A stretch of DNA of 64,000 nucleotides from an uncultured Pirellulales bacterium (lineage in GTDB: Bacteria > Planctomycetota > Phycisphaerae > Sedimentisphaerales > Anaerohalosphaeraceae): NCBI GenBank assembly GCA_964594065.1, contig CAZQKX010000002.1:39909-103908 (forward strand). The letters are read 5' to 3'. Made by a program: the position numbers and the translations under genes. Under the pieces are notes generated by a model. That model was not told where the DNA came from and did not search any database. It saw nothing but the letters and a program-made list of their open reading frames with translations. Of the stretch, positions 1-9,596 are shown one piece after another (position 1 is the first letter of the stretch; each line of letters starts with the position of its first letter).

Positions 1-677
1 TTATCCCGTCTTTAATATTGGCGGCTATTGAGAACAAAGAGATTCTCTTTTTTGCTGTGTGGGGTTCAGGGTTTGCCGGAATCCCCGGCATGATGCTCGT
101 TTCCAGTATAAAGCAAAACAGTCTCAAGGGATTACTCAAATGCTTTTTCTGTATCCCCTTTGTTGTTATCGGTTTGAGCGTATTGTTTACTGTATCGCTT
201 AAGAATTACCAGGCCGGCGGCTGGATGCTTGATGCAGGTGTTACCGGTGTTTTCATTGGTATATTGATTTGCATGTCCGGTCCGGCAATGGCCCGAAAAA
301 GTACGCAGGGCGCAGCGGTAGTACAGCGCCTGCGCCAAATGTGCGACTCACTTAAACGCAGTGAGGATATGGGGCTGAAAGTTGAGGACTTGCTGCCCTG
401 GGCCATTGCTTTTGGTGTTACGGCTGATTACCTTGAGCATATAGCCGATGTATCGAGTGCTTATGTTCCCTATTACCGTCCTTATTCTCAACACTCTTCA
501 GATCCGGCGGGTTCTGAGTTGGTATCATCTGTGTCATCTGTGCTAGATGGCTTATCCAGCATGACTTCCACGATCGATTCAAGTCTGTCCTCGTCGCCCA
601 GCAGCTCGGGCGGTAGCGGCGGTGGTTCCGGTGGTGGCGGTGGCGGCGGAGGCGGCGGTGGAGGTGGCGGCTGGTAG
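1..677 (+). CDS. DUF2207-like membrane protein, C-terminal portion (5' end outside window)
   Basis: The frame is open from the window edge, with no stop before the TTG at 18. It has hydrophobic helices, an LPWAIAFGV motif, a Ser-rich linker and a terminal poly-Gly run ending in W (GGN repeats about 600-674). The family call is from memory of DUF2207 tails. Confidence 0.6.
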   Translation, partial: IPSLILAAIENKEILFFAVWGSGFAGIPGMMLVSSIKQNSLKGLLKCFFCIPFVVIGLSVLFTVSLKNYQAGGWMLDAGVTGVFIGILICMSGPAMARKSTQGAAVVQRLRQMCDSLKRSEDMGLKVEDLLPWAIAFGVTADYLEHIADVSSAYVPYYRPYSQHSSDPAGSELVSSVSSVLDGLSSMTSTIDSSLSSSPSSSGGSGGGSGGGGGGGGGGGGGGW

Positions 678-743
678 CAAACTCAAATTCAAATGTTAAA
701 GTAATACGATGACCACATTCAGGGACATTGGATGATATAATGA

Positions 744-787
744 GTTCAAGGTATTTCCTGAATACAGGAAATACCTTGAACTTTTGA
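744..787. terminator. Perfect 17-bp hairpin between convergent genes (bidirectional terminator candidate)
   Basis: GTTCAAGGTATTTCCTG-aata-CAGGAAATACCTTGAAC at 744-781 is followed by TTTT. It lies between the stop at 677 (+) and the stop at 837 (-). Confidence 0.75.
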
Positions 788-836
788 TCCTATTTATACA
801 TTTAGCGATTCTGGTTAATAAAAAATCAAAAGCACA

Positions 837-3800
837 TTATGGAGCACGATACATCAGCTTGAATTTAGCACCATTTTGAGGGGTGAAATCATAATCTTCA
901 CCCGGGGTAGAATTAACTTGCCACCAGAAATCATCGTTCGTTGAGGTTTCCAATCCTAAGTCCAAATCACAGAGGTATGTACCATGGATGATCAAGCCTG
1001 AACCAGAGGTATAAACTGTGCCATTAGAGTTATAGGTAACCCATCCTATTGTCAGATCGTATCCATAGGACTCGACGATCATTTTACCATACCGTCCGGA
1101 ATTCGTACGATAAATCAGGTAACTGCCGGGATTCAGCTCATTGCCGGGGGAGGCGTCAATGACAGAAGTGCTCATCTGGGCATCCATACTGACAATTGCG
1201 GCTCGATTCAGGTCCTCATAGTCGTAATAGGTGTTACCCCAGTAGCGGGAAATTGTACAGAAGTCATCAAGCTGTACATCGCTGTTCCAGTTGATATCAG
1301 TTTGGTCACACCAGCCCAGCATAATGCAATCATTGGTCAGCAGGTATTGCACCCAATGTGCCAGGTCTGAAAGATCGACGCTTCGGTCATCATTCAAGTC
1401 ACCGGGATAAGGTTCGACATATTGACCGACCATCTGGAAGTTGAAATCCCAGGCATGTGTACCCCAGTTGGACCAATCAGCCATGTTCGACGGGGAGGGA
1501 ACATTTGCAACATATCCGCTACAGAGGGGCCAGGGATCATCTGTGCGACCGTAGACGCCCGAATAATACTCGTTTATGTCACCGTTGGATAGATGGCAGG
1601 TGAAAATGTATTCCTGTCCGGCTTCAAACCACAAACCGGTTCCGAAAGAGAACATGGCCCAACCGCCATTAAATGAAGCGGGCAGATTAAGACCGCCGGG
1701 ATAAATGAGAGTGCCGTCACTTTCACGGACATACATAATCAGGGTAACAGCGTGCCCGATTCCTTCGGGATTATAGGCATAATCAAATCTTTTATTGAAT
1801 CTAAAACCGGCTGAAGTGACCCGTGCATCACGAGCAAAAATCATACTTTCTCCTAGTCCGACATTCCGCTTGGTGGCACCGTCATCACCGCCGAACCATG
1901 ATGAGGCATTCGATGTATCCTCGATGATATTGAAATCGATCAATTCACCATCATAAGCATGGATGCGGCGTGGGCCATAGATATTATTGTCCTCATCGGT
2001 TTCAGCGACGATTTCGTCAGTATCTATTTGGGCATAGGTGATGTAATCTCCCTCTGTCGTATACGTGTACGTACTGACCATCGTATTAGAGGCTCCTGCA
2101 GCCAATGAAGCAAAATTCTGGGCACGATCGCCATAGTCACCGGCCACTGGAGCAGATGTTTCATCAGCGTACCAGTCAACCCAGAAACTGCCGGCGTCAG
2201 TCGTTCCCTGGTTGGAAAAAGTGACGGTAATAGTAACAGGTTCACCCACTTTCGGGGATGTAGGATTGTATGTTATTGAATTAACAACTAAATCCACATC
2301 TGTTACATTAACGGTTTGTGGTCCCAAAATGTTATTTGTTTCATCTGTTTCATCAACGGCATCATACTGATCAGCTAGGGCATACATCGTGTGGCTGCCG
2401 GGCGTAAAATAGGTGTAATAATCTACTGTTGTCGTCGATGCTCCACCTGCGAGATTGCTGACATAGGCATGCTCCGGTGCCGGATCTCCCACTGACGGCG
2501 GAGAAGCCAAACCGGTATACCATGCAACCCAGAAGGGACCCGAGTCGGTCGTTCCCTGGTTAGAAACAGTGATAGTAATATTAACGGACTCACCAATCAT
2601 GGGGGAGGACGGGGTCAATACGATTGAATCGATGACCAGGTCGATATTGGGAGGTTGAAATTCGTATGCGCCCATATCCGTTATAGCAGAACCGTTTCCG
2701 TCACCATCCTGTGGTCTTGGGTTCTCTTCCAGGTCATCATCCGGCGCACCGCTGTTTGTTCCGGTATCAATACATGGGCTGGTGACTTCATTCAGATGGT
2801 AGTCACCTCCGCCAATGAACTGAGGATTGAGATTGATATTACCGGTTCCAGCAAAACCATCCTCAATATCACAGTACGTTGCGGTGGTGCCGGGGGTACT
2901 GAACTCATTGTAGATTTGATTGGGGGTGTTGTTCCAAAGAATACAGTTTTTCAGTACGGGATTGGCGGTGTTGCCGAAGATAGCTCCGCCGTTACCTACT
3001 GCGGAGTTGTCGGCAAAGGTGCAGTTTGTTATCGTGGGATGACTGTCATGGTACCCTATCGCTCCGCCGTTGGCAGCGGAAGTATTACCGTAAAACAGGC
3101 AGTTGGTAATTGTGCCGTATGTATATACCCAGTGACCAAGCCCGGCGTCATACCTGGCATCTCCGGTGATAGCACCGCCGATCCATCCGCTGCCGCTGAT
3201 GGTACCCTGGTTATTACCGAAGATACAATTTCTTATTGTCGTGCTGGTCCCTGCCTGCTTGATCGCCCCGCCGGAATCGGCTTCGTTGTTAAGGAACACA
3301 CAATTCTCGATCAGGGCGTCGGAACCAAGATCATAGATCGCTCCGCCATGAACGCCGGCGTAGTTGTTCAGAAATTTACAGTTCCTGACGGTTACCACCA
3401 TATCAGGTGAAACCCCGCAGTCATATCGCGGATAGTCTATATACATGGCCCCGGCGTTTAGCGTGGTACGACCGTTTTGAAAAGTAAATCCGTCGATAAC
3501 GTTAAAGGCGGTAACCATCATGCAGCGGACGGAATCACCCCCGTCGATGATGGAGGGGTAGCTGTCCGGGTTGCGGTCACTCAAAGTTGGTGAGGTCATA
3601 CCGTTGGGGAATCCGCCGTACATAGTGACCGTCTTACTCATAGTCAATTCACTGGACAGGCTGTATGTTCCGGACTTTACATAAATCTGATCATTGGGAG
3701 CGAAACAAGGTGTCCAAAAGGGATTCGCCGCGTTGATGGCTTCCTGAATGGTATCAAAAGGACTGGTCCAGCTTGTCCCAGAACCCCCCGGTGCAGCATC

Positions 3801-3890
3801 AGAATCCACATACCAAATAGCAGCATTCATTTGTCCACAGAGACTCAGTAAATACAAAGAGACAATCAGGTAAAGTGCTTTTGTTTTCAT
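837..3890 (-). CDS. Large secreted protein: signal peptide, right-handed beta-helix, two CARDB-like domains, dockerin-like repeat, C-terminal beta-rich domain
   Basis: 1017-aa ORF with an N-terminal hydrophobic signal. GGAI-type beta-helix turns recur at aa about 170-310 (HGGAIYD, SGGAIKQ, NGGAIGY, NGGAIFG). There are two DLVxxSI...SNQGTTD repeats and a GDLNDDRSVDLSDL Ca-binding-like motif. Confidence 0.85.
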   Translation of the reverse strand: MKTKALYLIVSLYLLSLCGQMNAAIWYVDSDAAPGGSGTSWTSPFDTIQEAINAANPFWTPCFAPNDQIYVKSGTYSLSSELTMSKTVTMYGGFPNGMTSPTLSDRNPDSYPSIIDGGDSVRCMMVTAFNVIDGFTFQNGRTTLNAGAMYIDYPRYDCGVSPDMVVTVRNCKFLNNYAGVHGGAIYDLGSDALIENCVFLNNEADSGGAIKQAGTSTTIRNCIFGNNQGTISGSGWIGGAITGDARYDAGLGHWVYTYGTITNCLFYGNTSAANGGAIGYHDSHPTITNCTFADNSAVGNGGAIFGNTANPVLKNCILWNNTPNQIYNEFSTPGTTATYCDIEDGFAGTGNINLNPQFIGGGDYHLNEVTSPCIDTGTNSGAPDDDLEENPRPQDGDGNGSAITDMGAYEFQPPNIDLVIDSIVLTPSSPMIGESVNITITVSNQGTTDSGPFWVAWYTGLASPPSVGDPAPEHAYVSNLAGGASTTTVDYYTYFTPGSHTMYALADQYDAVDETDETNNILGPQTVNVTDVDLVVNSITYNPTSPKVGEPVTITVTFSNQGTTDAGSFWVDWYADETSAPVAGDYGDRAQNFASLAAGASNTMVSTYTYTTEGDYITYAQIDTDEIVAETDEDNNIYGPRRIHAYDGELIDFNIIEDTSNASSWFGGDDGATKRNVGLGESMIFARDARVTSAGFRFNKRFDYAYNPEGIGHAVTLIMYVRESDGTLIYPGGLNLPASFNGGWAMFSFGTGLWFEAGQEYIFTCHLSNGDINEYYSGVYGRTDDPWPLCSGYVANVPSPSNMADWSNWGTHAWDFNFQMVGQYVEPYPGDLNDDRSVDLSDLAHWVQYLLTNDCIMLGWCDQTDINWNSDVQLDDFCTISRYWGNTYYDYEDLNRAAIVSMDAQMSTSVIDASPGNELNPGSYLIYRTNSGRYGKMIVESYGYDLTIGWVTYNSNGTVYTSGSGLIIHGTYLCDLDLGLETSTNDDFWWQVNSTPGEDYDFTPQNGAKFKLMYRAP
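1956..2648 (-). repeat. Tandem duplication encoding two CARDB-like domains (aa about 415-530 and 531-645)
   Basis: Protein-level repeat: DLVIDSIVLTPSSPMIGESVNITITVSNQGTTDSGPFWVAWY...ETDETNNILGP versus DLVVNSITYNPTSPKVGEPVTITVTFSNQGTTDAGSFWVDWY...ETDEDNNIYGP. Confidence 0.8.
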
Positions 3891-4462
3891 GATTCTGTTC
3901 CTTTCATTATTTATACCTTATTCCATTGATTAATTATTGATTAAAAAGATATCAGAACAAACGATTCATGTTGAGTCTGGATGTAAGTCAATATGATCTG
4001 CACGATTAATACGGAGTTACAGAATCCAACGATATCATCCCGGGCAAAATGCAGGCTAAACCGTGTCATTACTTATTCCTTCCAGAAAGGATTGCTGAAA
4101 ATGAGAATTGGAAATGCAATCAGGCTGAGTGATGTTCAAGATAGAAGAGAAGCAGAACCCCTGAAAAACCGTTCCCTGAATCTTTCTCCCATCCATTTGC
4201 CCACCTCACTAACCAAACGATTGGTTTTCGCAAAGCAGTCACATCCCTGATGATCATTTTAAATAATGATAAACCCTTTGAACCAAAAGTAAAGAAAAAT
4301 CAACTAAAAAAGCAACTACTCTCCTATGAATTTTCTAATTGTGTTTGTGGAACTAATTATATTACATGAGGTTGCATGAAAAGAGAGAAGGGCTTATATG
4401 TTTTAAATATATTTTAACTGCTGTTTTTGTAGTAGCTTATATGATAATGTAATAAAAAAACT

Positions 4463-5266
4463 TCATATGAAAAATTTTGCCATTTTTGGGGGCTTTCCGA
4501 GTAATTCGGTGAAGTGGTAAATGAGGAGTTGTTCGATTTGGTTTAGTTGGTCTTTTCTGGTTTTGGGTAGTTTTTGAGGATTCTTCAAAGTGTCGATCAG
4601 GCCGGGGGAAATGGCGCGTTTTTCGGAGAATGCTGCTTCACAGCCTTCACACAGCAGGCCGTTGGCGTGGCTGGAGAAATAATACCCCCTCCCCCCTTCG
4701 GGGTACTCCCCCTTTACAGGGGGAGAGCTTTGGGCTTTATGCGGGGCCTGTCCCTTGGCAGAGGGAGAATTTATGGTTGTTCCGCAATTGGTACAACTGT
4801 CCAGCAACAGGGCCTGTCCCGTTTCCTCCAGCAGCCGGAGTTGATACAGGATCAACCAGGCCAGCATGGCTGCTGAGTCTTCGGCTTCCTGCAACGTTTC
4901 CAAAAATTTGATGAGTTTGTCGAATAGCGGCGGGTGCGGATCGTGGTTCTCCAGAAAGGCCTCGGTCAATTCGGCGGCGAACAGGGCGGCATTTAACGCC
5001 TGCAGGTTTGCATGAAGCCTGCGGAATACCGGCTGCTGCTGGAGGTCCGTTAGTGTGGCCAATTGGCCGCCGGAATCTTTCATAGTGAACATTACCTGTC
5101 CGAATGAGAATATTTCGATCGGTCCGTCGAATGACGATTTAGGGCGTCGAGAGCCTTTGGCGATGGCGGCAACCTTGCCGTCCCGGCGCGTCAGCAGCGT
5201 AACCACCTGGCTCGTTTCGGAGTAATTAACGGTACGCAAACAGATGGCAAGGTCTTTGGTTTGCAT
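4463..5266 (-). CDS. recO: DNA repair protein RecO (with an unusually long insert between the two CxxC pairs)
   Basis: The N-terminal OB-fold region LRTVNYSETSQVVTLLTRRDGKVAAIAKGSRRPKS is typical of RecO. The zinc-finger cysteines are CTNC (aa 158-161) and CEGC (aa 206-209). It is the last gene of the phoH-ybeY operon, as in many bacteria. Confidence 0.85.
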   Translation of the reverse strand: MQTKDLAICLRTVNYSETSQVVTLLTRRDGKVAAIAKGSRRPKSSFDGPIEIFSFGQVMFTMKDSGGQLATLTDLQQQPVFRRLHANLQALNAALFAAELTEAFLENHDPHPPLFDKLIKFLETLQEAEDSAAMLAWLILYQLRLLEETGQALLLDSCTNCGTTINSPSAKGQAPHKAQSSPPVKGEYPEGGRGYYFSSHANGLLCEGCEAAFSEKRAISPGLIDTLKNPQKLPKTRKDQLNQIEQLLIYHFTELLGKPPKMAKFFI

Positions 5267-5268
5267 GA

Positions 5269-6549
5269 TTACTGTTGTGTTTCCTGAGGCTTCTTTTTTA
5301 TTCGCAGTTTCTTGACGACGCGCGGTCCTGCGGCCGTGATGGATATTGTTAGATTTTCGTGGTCGAAGTGTTCACCGACTTTCGGGATGTATCCCAGATG
5401 CGAAAAGACAAAGCCGCCGATAGTATCATAGTCCTCATCTTCCGGCAGTTCGATGTCCAGTTCATGATTGACATCGTCAATATACATGCGGGCATCAACT
5501 TCAAAGGTATTATCGTCTATTTTTTTGTGTGATTCGGGGGGTGTTTTTTCGTATTCGTCCGTGATTTCGCCGACAAGCTCCTCAAGAATGTCTTCGATGG
5601 TGACGATCCCTGCTGTTCCGCCGTATTCATCCAGAACGATGGCGATGTGCAGTTTTTGGTTTTGAAACTCATGCAGAAGGTCACGCAGGGGTTTGCTTTC
5701 CGGCACAAAATAAGCTTGCCGGATCTTGTCCTTGAGCTTGAAGGATTTCGGGTCTTTGCCGATTTCCGTCAGCAAGTCCTTGGCGTAGATCAGTCCGATG
5801 ATGTTGTCGATATTTTCTTCGTAAATCGGGATCCGGGAATGGCCCTTGTCACGGATCGCCTCCAGAATTGTCTGTAGGTCATCTTTGGCGTCGATGGCGA
5901 CCAGGTCGGTACGCGGCGTCATAATCTCCTCGGCGGCGGTTTCATCCAGCTCGAGTACATTTTCGATCATCTCGAATTCTTCCTCATCCACGATGCCTTC
6001 GATCCGGCCTTGTTCGACGACATTAAGGATTTCCTCCTGCCGTTCTTCCTGTGCCTGCTCGAAGTTTGTTTCCGGGACACCGGCCAGACGTTTGACGAAC
6101 CGGTCATGCAGCGTGAAAGCAACCAGGACCGGCTTGACGATTACCATGCAGACTGTTAAAAGTCGGTACGTTCGCGGCAGAATATACTCACCGGCGTGCT
6201 TGGCCCATGCATGGGGGATCAGCAGGGTGCACAGTTCGATAAAAATGATGGTAACAACAAATGTCAGGATGTAATGTTTGTTTTCGAGCAGAACGATCAG
6301 GGCAAAAATAATACCCGTGTTCAAAATGATACGGGAAAATCCGCATGTTAAGGTCAACCCCTCGGCACGCTCGATAAAATCGTCCATCAAATCTTCCCGT
6401 CCTGCCGCACGAAACGCGTCCTGCAGCTTCAGTCGGGAAAACGAACGAAGTGCCAGGCCGTTGAGCGTAAAAAATAATGAGACGGGTGTAAGAATACAAA
6501 GCAGAACGATCGACCAGCCAACCTCATCCACGTGATTTATTCCTTTCAA
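5269..6549 (-). CDS. Hemolysin/CNNM-family protein (DUF21 TM domain + 2 CBS + CorC_HlyC domain)
   Basis: 426 aa with N-terminal TM helices. CBS-pair motifs are IMTPRTDLVAID, GHSRIPIYEENIDNIIGLIYAKDLL and HIAIVLDEYGGTAGIVTIEDILEELVGEI. The C-terminal part is CorC-like (DYDTIGGFVFSHLGYIPKVGE). Confidence 0.88.
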   Translation of the reverse strand: MKGINHVDEVGWSIVLLCILTPVSLFFTLNGLALRSFSRLKLQDAFRAAGREDLMDDFIERAEGLTLTCGFSRIILNTGIIFALIVLLENKHYILTFVVTIIFIELCTLLIPHAWAKHAGEYILPRTYRLLTVCMVIVKPVLVAFTLHDRFVKRLAGVPETNFEQAQEERQEEILNVVEQGRIEGIVDEEEFEMIENVLELDETAAEEIMTPRTDLVAIDAKDDLQTILEAIRDKGHSRIPIYEENIDNIIGLIYAKDLLTEIGKDPKSFKLKDKIRQAYFVPESKPLRDLLHEFQNQKLHIAIVLDEYGGTAGIVTIEDILEELVGEITDEYEKTPPESHKKIDDNTFEVDARMYIDDVNHELDIELPEDEDYDTIGGFVFSHLGYIPKVGEHFDHENLTISITAAGPRVVKKLRIKKKPQETQQ

Positions 6550-7019
6550 TCCTGAACTTCATTTTTATGATAGATTCTGCCAAAGCCATGGGCCTGCAAT
6601 ATCTCATCTTCTTTTTCATGCATTCGGCGGGATTGTTCATCATCACCGTCATCAAAACCTACATTATGCAGCATTCCGTGTGTGATGTAAAGCGCCAGTT
6701 CCGATTCTGTGGGGTGCCCGCGTTTTTTCGCCTGCCGGTGAGCCATCTCGGCATTTATGACGATCTGAAAGTTCCGACTCGATTCAAACTCATCGCTCAA
6801 GTCAAAGCTAATGACATCAGTCGTCTTATTTTGACCGAGAAACTGCTGGTGAATTTCGATAATCCCTGCATCATCTACAATGCTGATTTGTATATTGGCG
6901 TCTACTATTTCAAATTCAGTACAAATTGAATGAGCGAGTGTTTCAAGCCGCTTTAGGTCAACATCGACGTTACCGGCCTGAGATTCAATGTGTACACAGA
7001 TATTGTCGGATACGTTCAT
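6546..7019 (-). CDS. ybeY: rRNA maturation endoribonuclease YbeY
   Basis: It has the metal-binding motif HGMLHNVGFDD. I prefer the ATG at 7019 (MNVSDNI...), which abuts the stop of the upstream gene at 7021. The 194-aa ORF-track version (to 7130) would overlap that gene by 110 nt. Confidence 0.85.
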   Translation of the reverse strand: MNVSDNICVHIESQAGNVDVDLKRLETLAHSICTEFEIVDANIQISIVDDAGIIEIHQQFLGQNKTTDVISFDLSDEFESSRNFQIVINAEMAHRQAKKRGHPTESELALYITHGMLHNVGFDDGDDEQSRRMHEKEDEILQAHGFGRIYHKNEVQD

Positions 7020-7020
7020 G

Positions 7021-8634
7021 TTAGAGATTTGTTTTTTCGGGTTGAGATTGTTCAGTTTCCGGTTCCGTAGCGTTCTCAGATTGTCCGTTTTCGTTTTCTT
7101 TTGGATCTTCGTCGGCTTTTGGATAAGCAATTCGTCCGTGATGGTGAGCGGCCAGCGACTTGGACAATGCTATTTCGATCCGGCTCAATTCACGCAGTGT
7201 CAAATCACACTCGTCGAACTGGCCGTCCTGCAGTCGCTTCATGGCAATGGCGTGCACCTGGCTTTCCACTTTTGCGGGCGTATGGTCGGTCAGGGAACGC
7301 GCAGCGCTTTCGGCGGCATCGGCCAGCATGACGATCGCCGCCTCTTTGGATTTTGGCTTAGGGCCGGGATAACGAAATTCCGATTCGGACACCGTACTTT
7401 GTTTGTCATCCTGTTTTTTGCGGGCTTCGTGGTAGAAATATTCCATTAGTGTTGTGCCGTGATGGGTTTCGATGAACTGACGCAGTACCGCCGGCAGCCC
7501 GAATTCCTTGGCAATTTCAATACCATCTTTAACGTGCCCCACGATGACCAATTGGCTCATCGTCGGAGATAATTGTTCATGGCGGCTGGCTGAACCCATT
7601 TGGTTTTCGACAAAATAGGCCGCTTTGTTTATTTTTCCAATGTCGTGATAGTAAGCACCCACCCTGCAAAGCAGGCCGTTGGCGCCGATGGCTTCGGCAG
7701 CATTTTCAGCGATCGACCCGATCAGCAAACTGTGGCTAAACGTTCCCGGTGCATCCATCGCCAGCTTCCTTAAAAGGGGCTGGTTGGCATCGCTGTAATC
7801 CATGAGCGTCATGCTGGTGGCAATACCAAACGCCTGCTCAATGATCGGCAGAAAGGCCTGAATAAAGATCCCCACCACAAATGTCGAGCCCATTCCTGCC
7901 GCGGCATGTTTTAAATACTGGCCGGGAGCAATTCCCCGGATGATCTCCAAAGCGATGATCGTGACAAAAACAACAATTGTTGCCAGCAGTGAAACCTCGA
8001 TCAGCTTTTTGCGCGTCCGAATTTCATGCAGGAGGAAACAGCAGCTCATCATTCCGGCTGTCATCGTGACAAAAATTTCGAAGACGAACATCCCGTTCGA
8101 TCCGCTTGATGGATGTCGGTTATTTGCGAAACACGCAAGGATGATATAGAAAGAAGTCATCCCGATAGCGAATCGCTGGTCATAGGAAATGGTCAGAATG
8201 ATGGCACAGGCAACTGCCGTGCCGACGACCAGATAGCCCCACCCGGGAAAGAGTGAAAATATTCGCGTTAGCGCCAACAGCAGCCAGAACAATACGGCCA
8301 GCGCAATCATGCGTGTTGTTTTTAAGATGATACGGTGCTGGTAATGATGAATATAGAGTGCCGCGCCGCCGCTGATGAGACAGACGATAACGGCCAGTGA
8401 TATCAGTTGCGGCCAGAGTTTGAAATGTCTGGAGCCGCGAAGAAATTCGGGATTGCTCGTATCCAGTCCCAGTACGACGACGACCGCTGCGATAAACAGA
8501 ACCAAAACCAGGACTGCTATGGGGTACGGGCTGTTGATCGCCGCGGCGATCTTGCCGAACCGCTCCGTTGCGATGTTGTTCCGTACATGCTGGCGGCGTG
8601 TGCTGACCTTCTTTTTCTTTTTAATGATGGCCAT
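7021..8634 (-). CDS. HD-domain 7TM membrane phosphohydrolase (PgpH/YqfF-like)
   Basis: 537 aa with seven or more TM helices, then an HD domain (HSLLIGSIAENAA, YYHDIGKINKAAYFVENQ, ETHHGTT). It sits between phoH and ybeY. The C-terminal tail is acidic and low-complexity. Confidence 0.8.
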   Translation of the reverse strand: MAIIKKKKKVSTRRQHVRNNIATERFGKIAAAINSPYPIAVLVLVLFIAAVVVVLGLDTSNPEFLRGSRHFKLWPQLISLAVIVCLISGGAALYIHHYQHRIILKTTRMIALAVLFWLLLALTRIFSLFPGWGYLVVGTAVACAIILTISYDQRFAIGMTSFYIILACFANNRHPSSGSNGMFVFEIFVTMTAGMMSCCFLLHEIRTRKKLIEVSLLATIVVFVTIIALEIIRGIAPGQYLKHAAAGMGSTFVVGIFIQAFLPIIEQAFGIATSMTLMDYSDANQPLLRKLAMDAPGTFSHSLLIGSIAENAAEAIGANGLLCRVGAYYHDIGKINKAAYFVENQMGSASRHEQLSPTMSQLVIVGHVKDGIEIAKEFGLPAVLRQFIETHHGTTLMEYFYHEARKKQDDKQSTVSESEFRYPGPKPKSKEAAIVMLADAAESAARSLTDHTPAKVESQVHAIAMKRLQDGQFDECDLTLRELSRIEIALSKSLAAHHHGRIAYPKADEDPKENENGQSENATEPETEQSQPEKTNL

Positions 8635-8639
8635 AGGGC

Positions 8640-9587
8640 TTAACGGCTTTCTTTCTGTTTTTTATCGTCATAAGCCTGCACGATCTGATGGACCAGGCTG
8701 TGGCGAACGATATCCAGCTTATCCAGTTTGACCAAGCCAATATTACGGATATTCTTCAGGGTCTCAATAGCCTCGACCAAGCCGCTTTGTTGACCGGGCT
8801 CAAGGTCAGTCTGGGTAATGTCACCTGTGATGATCATTTTAGACCCGCGCCCCAACCGGGTCAGGAACATCAGCATCTGGGAGCGTGATGTATTTTGTGC
8901 CTCATCACAGATCACGACAGCTTCGTTCAGTGTGCGTCCCCGCATGAATGCCAGCGGGATGATCTCGATAACATCCATTTCCATGAACTTGCTCATCTGT
9001 GAAAATTCCATCATATCTTCAAGACTATCGAACAACGGTCGCAGATAAGGATTGACTTTGGCTTGCAGGTCGCCCGGCAGAAAGCCTAATCGTTCACCTG
9101 CTTCGACGGCGGGGCGGGCCAGGACGATCTTGCGGATTTGTTTTTTCTTCAGCATCGATACAGCAACGGCGACGGCTAAATAGGTTTTGCCCGTTCCCGC
9201 AGGCCCGATGCAGAACGTCAGGTCGTTTTTCCGCATGGTTTCAATGTATCGAAGCTGTCCCTTTGTAAACGGTTCGATGATACCTTTTCGGGCAAACACC
9301 TCGATAACATTGGAACGGCCCGGTGTAACCGCATTAGCAGTTTGGGCGATAATTTCTTCGACATCGGCTTTGATGAGCTGTTCCCGCTGGACCAGACGGC
9401 GCTGCATGCGGTCAATGATTTCGGCGGCTCTGCGGACGGAATCCGGCTGACCGGAGACCAGAACCGTACCGTTGCGTGCGGTGATCTTAACTTCGATCGT
9501 ATCACACAGCAACCGCAGATGCGCATCGGCCGGGCCGAAAAGCTCCAGCCGCTGAGCATCAGATTCCAGTTGTATCTTGACTTCCAA
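8640..9587 (-). CDS. phoH: PhoH-family ATPase
   Basis: Walker A GPAGTGKTYLAVA, Walker B-like VVICDEAQN, and IITGDITQTDL typical of PhoH/YbeZ. Confidence 0.9.
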   Translation of the reverse strand: MEVKIQLESDAQRLELFGPADAHLRLLCDTIEVKITARNGTVLVSGQPDSVRRAAEIIDRMQRRLVQREQLIKADVEEIIAQTANAVTPGRSNVIEVFARKGIIEPFTKGQLRYIETMRKNDLTFCIGPAGTGKTYLAVAVAVSMLKKKQIRKIVLARPAVEAGERLGFLPGDLQAKVNPYLRPLFDSLEDMMEFSQMSKFMEMDVIEIIPLAFMRGRTLNEAVVICDEAQNTSRSQMLMFLTRLGRGSKMIITGDITQTDLEPGQQSGLVEAIETLKNIRNIGLVKLDKLDIVRHSLVHQIVQAYDDKKQKESR

Positions 9588-9596
9588 GATCGTTCC

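Noticed and set aside
600-674. GGN simple-sequence tract as a phase-variation switch.
   Set aside because: The codons are mixed (ggc/ggt/gga), not a pure homopolymer or perfect microsatellite. A poly-Gly C-terminal tail is a normal feature of this protein family.
2655-3410. 251-aa ORF antisense to the 1017-aa exoprotein gene. Similar long antisense ORFs occur at 24256-24912 (in ilvD), 31175-31873 (in murC), 39635-40267 (in the ABC exporter) and 49837-50610 (in nadB).
   Set aside because: All lie entirely inside genes with strong family signatures on the other strand. They have Arg/Gly/Pro-rich compositions typical of antisense frames in GC-rich coding DNA, and no Shine-Dalgarno sequences or motifs.
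3993-4250. 85-aa ORF in the 572-nt spacer between the exoprotein gene and recO.
   Set aside because: The composition is AT-rich and non-coding-like, with no Shine-Dalgarno sequence and no motif. The spacer is more likely promoter/5' UTR DNA.
6546-7130. Long (194-aa) version of ybeY, and long version of the anti-sigma gene (18758-19360).
   Set aside because: Both N-terminal extensions would overlap the upstream gene by 60-110 nt. Internal ATGs (7019 and 19303) sit exactly at the upstream stop codons, as expected for coupled operon genes.
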